NCBI GenBank assembly: GCA_020137815.1 | Contig: CM035362.1 | Location: 186,001-250,000 of the forward strand | Source: Hormiphora californensis | Lineage: Eukaryota > Animalia > Ctenophora | Length of the DNA: 64,000 bases | Direction: 5' to 3' | In this document: piece by piece, positions 54,827 through 64,000 of the stretch | Position numbering within the stretch: position 1 is the stretch's first letter | Layout of the letters: each line of letters begins with the position of its first letter | The notes under the pieces: generated by a model | The model's input: only the letters and a program-made list of their open reading frames with translations | The model's database searches: none | What the model was told of the DNA's origin: nothing | Position numbers and translations under genes: made by a program

Positions 54827-55460
54827 TGTGAGAGAGAGAACGCTTTGTGGACATTTTGATCATGTCGAGATCCCAATTCCAGTCACGTGACCTTATAACG
54901 AGAAAGGGAGAGAGTGATACGTTGAAGTAGAGAGCATCTAGTCTGTCTGGTTTTCTACAGCTTGTTACCACTTCCAGACGCCATGATCATGTCTGCTGGT
55001 TCAAGATGGAAAAGGAGAGCTGTAGCCCTACAGTAACACGTGACGTATGCGTGTTCAAGGCCTCATTAGCCCACTAGATGCAGCTGGACATGTGATCTTT
55101 GAGGGGTAAAATGACCTAAATTTGGCCTAATTAGAGCGTGTTACATCACTTTAAACAGTTCCTGTGAACAAATGATAAAATGTAGCAACTCGTAAAGCAG
55201 ACAAAACATTTGAAATCGTCTTATCTGTCTCTCCTAAAAATTTGAACTCTCTATCTCATTAGACTCCAGAGATATGACTGTGTAAAGTTGGAGGAGGTTT
55301 TTGGGCAATAGATTCATTCAGGAACATTGAAATTTGCTGTAAAACTAGGAGAAAATTGCTACAACCTAGTTTTATCATGTCCCAAAATTTGAAGTCGAAA
55401 GATGCCATAGTTTTCACGCAATTCGCAATATACCAGTCCCAGTCATTTAAAATCACACAG
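54168..55460. mobile_element. 1.3-kb foldback MITE (TA TSD), right-arm copy
   Basis: Mirror of 40063-41363 with near-perfect arms around a GA tract. Confidence 0.88.
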
Positions 55461-55483
55461 TATATCAGTGGGAAATCTGCTTC

Positions 55484-58400
55484 TTAGTGAAGAAGAAGGA
55501 GTATTGCTGAAGTGATTAGGGCAAGGATGGTAGCTGTGGGGGTTGAGGCAGAGTTGTAAGGGTTAACAGTGTATTTGGACAACCATCCGTCATCAAACTT
55601 TGCAAGATACTCCTCAAGATCTGACTGCTTAGTTCCTGGTGATGGTATCATGGGTTAGATAATGATTTAGCTTGCCTAGCTCTGTCAGGCCAATGCTCTG
55701 ACCACAGTTCTCGCGAAACGAGAATGGGTCAGGCCAATGCTCTGACAGGTCTAGCTAGACCCTGTTTCGCAAATGTAAAGGGAGGGTTAGAATGTAAATG
55801 GAGGGTTAGAACATAACAAGATATGCTATAGCTCAGCTCAGGAGTGGTTTCCTAAGCAATATCAAAGCGGTCAACGCATTGACTATATATTCTCATGCAC
55901 CACCAGAACCGCCTTCAGAGCATATTGGCCTGACATCACACCAAAATATTCGCTAGAACTAAACTTGTCTAGTTTGTACCAGCTACTCTCCTTCAGAGAG
56001 ACAGAGTTAACAGAAGGTAGCTTGTAGGGTACACTGTTATTTGTCTACCAATATGCACTTGACAAACAGAGAGAGAGTTTCAGAAAGTCCCCCAAACTAA
56101 ACGCGAGAAAGACTTGTAGGAATTATATCGGGTACACTATAATTTGTCAAACTTGACAAATCACCTAGTAGTTTTCACAACTCGTTTTAGAATAGTTTTA
56201 GACAAGTTTTAGACAAGTTGTGTACCTGGTTGAACGCAGACCTCATACCCGCACCCAGTGTGGCAGTAGCTGGTACCCCGTTGGGTGGAGGCACACTTTC
56301 CCAGGGAGGGTCCCTGGCAGGCCAGGGTGTATGGGACAATGACTCGGGAGTGGTAGTGGTACTTCACCTCACCTGAAATAGGTAATTGGTTTGTAAACAA
56401 ACAAACAAACAAACTAACAAGCAAAAAACAAACAAACAAACAAATCCCCAATAAACAAACAAAAAACCAACCAGATGTTTTATTTACCCGTATCAACAGG
56501 TCCAAAATGACCACCACACTCATCAACGACAGGTTTATCTCCATTAATATCCTGATAAGCATAGATACCAAAACCATCAGTAGCCCACCCGACAAGTCCC
56601 GCGTGTACATTGGGCTCAGCCCCAGCAGCCAATCCCTTGCTGGCATTAGTGAATGCCTCCATACACTCTGCTGCCTTGTGGAAGTGGTATTTGGGAGGTC
56701 CTGAAGGGGTCTCTCCGGTAGTTTCATCGTTACCCATGGGAGGCGTCACGTGACCACCGCAGTTCAGCTGGAATCCAGCACCGTCAATACTAACATCACC
56801 AGCATCATTTGGTCCCTGAGTAGGGGGGGGGGTCGTTAGTTCGTTAAGTATCCATATGCCAAGGTGTTGGGAATTTTTCTGCACTGGTTCAATCATTGGA
56901 ATTTGGAAAGAAAATCAATCTCGCGAAAGGGACATCAATAACCATGACTACAATGACTACAATGTACCAGAATGCTGGTAACCATGACTACCATGACGTA
57001 CCAGAATGCTAATTCCGTTTGAAGCAACACCAACTGCAGGTCCATTAGTCTTGGCGGCTCCCACTTTGGACGCATCGTACATGTCACCAGGTCGGTTGGG
57101 TAGGGTGGGGTCACCTGTAGATGGAACACGTGGCGTTAGATATATCTGTCTGGATGGACGTCTAGAAAGATTCTAGATGGCTAGGTTTATCTAGGTTTAT
57201 CTGTGTAGTGTGTGGGTGAAGTAACAATAATCACTCGGTGTACCTTCGAGTTTGATTGCGTAGTTGTCCTCTTGAGGTACCCAGACATCACCGTAGTCGT
57301 TAGTACCAGGTCCGTTATTGGTATCTCCACAGGTTAAACCTGTTAGTTTGTTATTGTATGACTTATCAGGTCGTCTCACGCAGCTTCGTACAATCGTACA
57401 TTGACCTTGCTGCTATATTTTGAGCTATGGGTGATTTTCTATAACTCTATATTGGGGCTAGGCAAATATTATGATTACTCCCTCTCACGTGATCACTTAC
57501 CACTGAAGAAGCATTTCCCGGTGTCGATCTCCACCTGGACACAATATCCCTTTCCGAGTCCGATGGGGCAGTAGGGGTTCATGTAGAAATCAGGGACGTT
57601 GTTTGATGAGATAAATCGATGGGTCGCATTCGTTGTCATCTTCACACAGTTTCCTGGGAGAGATGTGTGTGAAAATGACAGTTTAAATTTCGGAGAAAAA
57701 TTGTGTTTGTCGCAACCATCAATCTCAAGGATTGTGGCAATAATTAATCGGATACGCTTCCATTAGCAACATGATTAGCGACATCGAATTCATACTCACT
57801 TGTCCAGACACTAATCTCACATACCGAAGTTGTTGTCAGCGTTGAACTCTTTTCCAGTACCCCAGGAAATACTAAGACACGTGGAGTTGTCGAGGGTAGG
57901 GAAGACGATGTTACTGACATCACCGTTACCACTCATATCATCCGGGCCTCCACCGCTCATCTGAGCACCACAATCTTCAGGCTTTCCGCCCTGATAAATT
58001 TAGCAAATTATAATCCATCCCATCTTGACAACCGGAAATATAGCCCTCACATGGCGCCATCGCCTTGTTTTAGAGTTCTGACAATGAGACAGCTGCAAAA
58101 CCGAAACTGTAGACTCACTTTTTTCATACACTCCTCGCATTCTGTGTCGTCCTTTTTGCACATGGGCATGGCACAGGCATCTCCCTCTAACTCTCCATTC
58201 TTGCATTTTACACAGATCTCGTACTTGTCCGTTGGCATCTTATCCTGGTCACATGGCATCGATCCTTATAAGGAGAAGGGGTTGGAATGGAATGGATTCT
58301 AATTAAGGAGAAGGGGTTTATTTTTTTCGCTTTTTCGCTATGGACGTCATAGGAACCTGAGTTGTAATGTTTAGAGTTATGACTCATGGTTGAGCTTTGA

Positions 58401-59069
58401 TAAACTTTATCGGTGGTCGTGGATTGATGACAGAATGCCACTTGGCATACATTTTACTGTCCTTATTATAGTGGTACTAAATCGATAAACTGTACCAACC
58501 TGATTGTCGCTTGATGATCCTGCTGATCCTCGCTAACCTCTCCCTCTCATGCCTTTTAGGCAGGTTGGCGTATTCACCACATCTTGCCCGGCCATCCCTT
58601 AGTCCTCGATGACACCTATGGGAATATATTTGATAAATCTTCCCCTAGATAGTTGGCAAGTCCAACATAGGCGCCAGTCAGATGAAATCCTAGTTTTGAG
58701 TTACTTTCTACTTCTCATTAAATGTCTCTCTAAATAGTCAATACATACAATGAACTGACAGTACATGTAGTCTTTATGTAGTTGTAGTCAATAGACATAA
58801 CTATTTCTCTCTAAATAGTCAGGTCATGTAATTGTACCTGTCCATAGCGTCCTCATCGACAGACATCTCAAACTCTGCTACTGTGACAGCAACTAGCACC
58901 TGAAAGAAAGGGATGCAGTTTCAACCATTAAATACTGTAGAGAGTAGACAGCTGAGTATATAAACGAGTGGAGCAAGGTTACTGGAGAGTCATCTCCTTA
59001 GGATGTTGAACCAGAATAGTGATTGTTCTTTTAATAACTTACCGCTAGCAACAGTGCCGACCTTTTCAT
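55484..59069 (-). CDS. Secreted, probably GPI-anchored YHYH-domain protein (501 aa)
   Basis: Exons 59069-59043, 58899-58838, 58615-58500, 58264-58119, 57990-57825, 57653-57501, 57339-57244, 57114-57002, 56815-56488, 56372-56226, 55635-55484 join in frame (1506 nt). Signal MKRSALLLAVLVAVTVA. Motifs SNNVPD, AVGVASNGISILGP, CGGH...KYHFH, LVGWATDGFGIYA, VDECGGHFGP...KYHYH...PYTLACQG. C-terminus NSASTPTATILALITSAILLLLH*. Confidence 0.88.
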
Positions 59070-60029
59070 CTTAACTTTTCAACTAAATAAAAAGGAGTTT
59101 TGGTAAAAATTACCAGCCAATGATAGTATGGCAAGGAACAGTAACAGTAACAGGATAAATATAAATTATAATGGTACTAATTCAACAATAAACTGTCATC
59201 ATGAGCTTTCGAGGACATCATGTGTTTCACGTCTTCAGCTAGTCAAGGAGCAGAATATTAGAAGGCCGCAAAGATTCACTCAGATAAATTAGCGAAGGTA
59301 ATAATATATGCAAATCGAATGGCAAGGTAACAAAATGCAAATCAAATCCCGGCAAATAATATTTTGTGATAAATAGCCTCTTCATCTTTTCTTGATCAAC
59401 TGATTTCTCTTCCTCTCGATATATATTTCTCTCGCCAAGTCTCTCAATATCACAAGTGGTACCTATTTTCTTCTTACGTCCGCCATTTCCTTATATCCAT
59501 TGTTATTTGTTAAGCTTGGCCACGTGAACACAATCGGATCCCTATTTACTAAATTGTGATTTATGAAGTTGTGATACTCAACATTCAAATAATTCGAGTT
59601 GTAGAATTCCTATACTGATGGAAGCAAAAATGGAACGTGATGAAAGAAGTTCATAGCAAAACCAACAAACCAACGAATCATAAATCTATCATTATGTCAA
59701 GCAAATTAATACAAAGCTTCCTTTGTCGGTTACAATCAATGGGGAGTGAACGAGAGAAAGAAGGAGATGGTGAGAGAAAGAGGGAGGAACTGAAATTAAA
59801 CATAGAACAGAAAATCCTAAGCTAATCTTGAGTGCAGGATCACGCGTTCATGATGCAATAAAAACTAACATGCTTAATATTCATACCAAGCACACACAAA
59901 GTGAAGTTGGATGTAACCTTACAAGCTATCATTTTATACTGAAAAAGAACCTCACAAACACACCCATCCGAAATTGGTTCCGGCCCTGGACTTTTTCCTG
60001 GCTACTATCCCTTTCTCTCTCTCTCATTA

Positions 60030-60092
<63 letters not shown>

Positions 60093-60708
60093 ATTTCTAG
60101 CTTACCCTATCGTTGTGTGCCCTTTATTCTCTCACTAGTACTTCCTGCTTTCCTCGCTACCGCCCAACATTTCATTAGACTCGGCTACTATAACAGCAGG
60201 CTCTATCAACTTATGCGAGGGGAAACGCCTACAATAAAAACGCCCATGCAGCTCCTTTTATTCCTAAAATATACTCTAAGGCCAGATAAAATCAGCCTAA
60301 TCAATTTTTGACCAGAGATCTTTGACTGCAGCTGTTGAGTAGTACACACACGTAATATCGAAGGAGCTAAAGGACTGGGCAGTAGGAGCTACACCAGTTA
60401 CACACTAACATGTCGAGGGGGAGATGTGACTGGACAATAACAGGATGCATTGCTCTCTAAACTACACACGGATATACTGAGTGGGTCGAGCACTAGGCAT
60501 GGCATGTATGTGAGAAAGATAGAATAGAGGGATGAGGGTATAAACGATTAGAAAGAGAGAAAGTTGACCTATACAGACAATAGATACACACTGTGTGTAT
60601 CATGTGTGTCCTGAATGCTGCTACAGTGGTCATTGTTCCTGCGGTACTATAACGTGGGAAAAAGATATGTGGACATATGGATAACCTTTGCTTGACAAAG
60701 CTAGTTAA

Positions 60709-62085
60709 GGGTACACCGACCGAAATTTTTTGTCGAGTGCAGGGCAATCTCTCACCGTAGGGTTGTAGGCCATGCCAAGGAGACCTCAAATATGCAATTT
60801 GAGCTCTCAAGTCGAATTCATATTTTTGCTACAGCTGTTTAAAAAATGTCCTGTAAATTCGTTTTTGGCATCTCAAAAAATTTTTTTTAAAGATAGGAGC
60901 ATGAAATTTTGGGGATTTGAAGAAGACATAAAGGTGAATAACCACAAAAAAATTTTTTGCAATCCGAGCTGATTTCCGGTCCTGAGATGGATTTCTTTTT
61001 TTCCACTTTAACGCCCTATTTGGCAAAGTTCCGAAAACATTTGAAAGCTGTAAATTGGTGAAAAGTTGCGTCTAACGATTATCTAAGTGGCCATAAATTT
61101 TGGGCGTATCCTTATTTGAGATAAGCTGTACAGAGTTTTTTTTGTGAAAGCCGTCATTTCAGAAATAAATAAATTCCCTGTATCTCAAAAACGGCTGATC
61201 GTAGAGACCTGAGACTATGCTTAAACGATTCAGAAGGTCCGATTTTGGGGGGTCTTCTGAGAGACATTTTGCTCCTACTTCAACCGTTTTTGATGTAATT
61301 GCGAAAAACAAAAATTCATCTTCGCCATCGTGGATTTTTTGTGATTTTGTTTTTGGTGATTATAGGGACCCATATGGACCAAATAGTGAAGGAATTAGCT
61401 TATTACACATTTTTCCATCGTTTCGGTCCTTTCCTAGCCAAAATTCCCTAATTACAGGTTTAGCTTTTGCCCTTTTCATAGAATTTGTTTTTCGCAGTTA
61501 CAGCAAAAACGGTTGAAGTAAGAGCAAAATGTCTCTCAGAAGACCCCCCCAAAATCGGACCTTCTGAATCGTTTAAGCATAGTCTCAGGTCTCTACGATC
61601 AGCCGTTTTTGAGATACAGGGAATTTATTTATTTCTGAAATGACGGCTTTCACAAAAAAAACTCTGTACAGCTTATCTCAAATAAGGATACGCCCAAAAT
61701 TTATGGCCACTTAGATAATCGTTAGACGCAACTTTTCACCAATTTACAGCTTTCAAATGTTTTCGGAACTTTGCCAAATAGGGCGTTAAAGTGGAAAAAA
61801 AGAAATCCATCTCAGGACCGGAAATCAGCTCAGATTGCAAAAAAAATTTTTGTGGTTATTCACCTTTATGTCTTCTTCAAATCCCCAAATTTTCATGCTC
61901 CTATCTTTAAAAAAAATTTTTTGAGATGCCAAAAACGAATTTACAGGACATTTTTTAAACAGCTGTAGCAAAAATATGAATTCGACTTGAGAGCTCAAAT
62001 TGCATATTTGAGGTCTCCTTGGCATGGCCTACAACCCTACGGTGAGAGATTGCCCTGCACTCGACAAATTTCGGTCGGTGTACCC
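60709..62085. mobile_element. 1.38-kb foldback element with TTAA TSD and GG...CC termini (Kolobok-like), right arm only
   Basis: TTAA|GGGTACACCGACCGAAA...TTTCGGTCGGTGTACCC|TTAA with ~580-bp near-perfect arms. Confidence 0.85.
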
Positions 62086-62786
62086 TTAATCACGCTACAT
62101 AACTCATGTATATGCCTGCATGTAATAATGATGAACCAGCGCTAGTCTAATCAAGAGGTAAGCAAGGGGTATACTTGGGTATCGGAGGTGCTTAGCCTTA
62201 CAAGGGCCCTGAACAGCATCGTTGATACCAGGGGCACGGACAATTTACATGGGAAATCGAGTAAACCGCCTGGCCCTGATATTATACCGATACGTAATGT
62301 CACACAAGACAAAGAGCTGCTTATCCATCAAGAATAAGCTCATGAATCCGATAGCAACGAATATATTATGCAAATCATTAGATCATGTAATTATACAAGG
62401 CAGAGGGAAGGCCTCCCTAGATGACCACCCTTGTTTTGTTCTCGCGAAATGACCACATCAAGTTCATGGTCTGACCACATGAACACAACGAGGCAAAACA
62501 CCAAATTAGGAGAGAGAAAAGTGACCTGTTTACATCTTTACACAAAAACCAAAGAAAACGAATTTTCTGTGCTACGAACGTTTCATGGACAATACCAATC
62601 TTCAGACGAATGATGTTTACATCTTTAGATCATTGCATATATTTACTTCTCACAGGCCACAGCTACTTGGCATAAGAATGCATTGATCCTTCTAGGTCAT
62701 TGGGGTACACTACTAAATGCTTATGCATGATAGTACATAAAGGGGACTTCTAATTATTGACACTGTTATTTGCTAATTACTTACTA

Positions 62787-62930
62787 CTAGCGCACCCATT
62801 GGGTGCGCCTCAAGTAAGGGCATTTTGAAAACCCACCCGGCTTCGTCGGGTGGTTCTTTTCACCCCTTTCAACGTCAAAAACACGGTTGCCATGGCAACT
62901 GAATTGGTAACTATGGGGACTGGCATGTTA
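62787..62930 (-). mobile_element. Probable Helitron-like 3' end related to 6184
   Basis: ACTAG plus the GCGCACCC-ATT-GGGTGCGC hairpin and the shared CTCAAG...TTGAAAACC motif. Confidence 0.4.
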
Positions 62931-63090
62931 AAAGTCATTCGAAAATATCAACAAACTTCCACCGGAAGTTCCAAAAGTGGGTACATAAAGTGTTTTATGA
63001 AGGAGCAGCCTGTCGCTTAGATACCGCCTAACGAACGACCACTTCGACGTCGTTCATCTCCAAATTATAATAGAGATTGGCGAAAAGCCA

Positions 63091-63466
63091 GGGGGTCTTT
63101 CACGAAACAATTAGGACCGAAGTTAGGACCGGTCCCAGCGTAGTTAGGACCAAAATTTGCAATGTGGCTTTCACGAACGGCCAAAGTTAGGACCGTTTTT
63201 AGAGAGTTAGGACCGGTCCCAACTTTCGGTCCTAACTCCGGTCCCAGCTGTGTAATTCGACACTTTAATTGCGTGATGCCCCACGTGACTACCTTTCCCG
63301 CGGTCCTAACTATCAAAAAAGATCCCAACTCTCTAATTTGCGGTCCCAACTCCGGTCCCAACCACTAGGATTTTGGTCCTAACTCTCCCTAGAGTTAGGA
63401 CAGGTAAAAGCTGTCCTAACTCTCAGTTGGGACCAAAATGCGGTCCTAACTTTGATTGGTGAAGCC
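63091..63466. mobile_element. MITE-like element built from inverted GTTAGGACC/GGTCCTAAC repeats
   Basis: Repeats switch orientation mid-element. Imperfect termini G(T)CTTTCAC...GTGAAGCC. No TSD verified. Confidence 0.55.
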
Positions 63467-63598
63467 ATAATGTGCATTCGAGCACCATGAGTATACACTT
63501 TTATGGGATCTCAGCCGCAGTTTTAATGAAAACAAGACAATTCCCAAGACAACCTCAAATTGCTTCAATCTTCAAAAATAAACTATTTGTGAACTCCT

Positions 63599-63601
<3 letters not shown>

Positions 63602-63695
<94 letters not shown>

Positions 63696-63890
63696 TGAGA
63701 GAGAGAGAGAGATATGCAGGAAGAGAGTGAGAGAGAAAGAGAGATGAACAGACAGAGAGGGTTTGACAGAGAGGGTGAGATAAAGATAGAAAAATAGAGG
63801 TAAAGAGATACAGAGAGTGAGATATGGAGGGAGAGAGTGAGAGAGAAAGAGAGATGAACAGGGAGAGAGGGTGAGAGAGAGATAGAGAGA
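63602..63890. repeat. (GA)n microsatellite / purine-rich tract
   Basis: Directly visible. Confidence 0.95.
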
Positions 63891-64000
63891 ATACTGATGT
63901 ATTCATTGATATATGAATACTATTCATACACCAACTTGACTGGAAATTCCACCTGCACCCTTCTGTTGCGAATGTCACGTGATCATGTTTATACTCGTGT

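Noticed and set aside
55484-59069. Bacterial contamination as the source of the YHYH domain
   Set aside because: The gene has ten phase-consistent GT-AG introns and shares repeat families with the rest of the window.
60709-62085. piggyBac assignment from the TTAA TSD, and the paired ORFs inside the element
   Set aside because: Termini are GG...CC rather than the CC...GG typical of piggyBac. The short mirrored ORFs are by-products of the palindrome with no transposase motifs.

Overview
Intron-rich animal (metazoan) genomic DNA from a repeat-laden, partly unpolished assembly, with one 100-N gap at 32184-32283. All gene models were built by hand from GT-AG sites with intron phases checked, and all domain calls come from motif recognition, not database searches. 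The left half holds two genes. One is a 17-coding-exon plexin-domain-containing (PLXDC-like) type-I membrane gene (+, 3030-18006) with an unexpected SUEL/rhamnose-binding-type lectin domain and 13 tandem in-frame copies of one splice donor. The other is a convergent, intact 9-exon gene (-, 19781-23032, 418 aa) whose C-terminus looks like a GIY-YIG nuclease. The right half is a ~29-kb inverted duplication centred at ~47875. Each arm carries a secreted, probably GPI-anchored YHYH-domain gene (11 exons, 501 aa) followed by a secreted tandem C-type lectin gene (5 exons, 347 aa). The right-arm copies are intact. The left-arm copies are full of indels but also show synonymous substitutions and different transposon insertions, so the arms are two haplotypes or paralogues. 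The window also contains many non-autonomous foldback/MITE elements (TA, TTAA, 4-bp and 8-bp TSD classes), Helitrons, minisatellites and CT/GA microsatellites. Most short ORFs in the supplied track are artefacts of these repeats.
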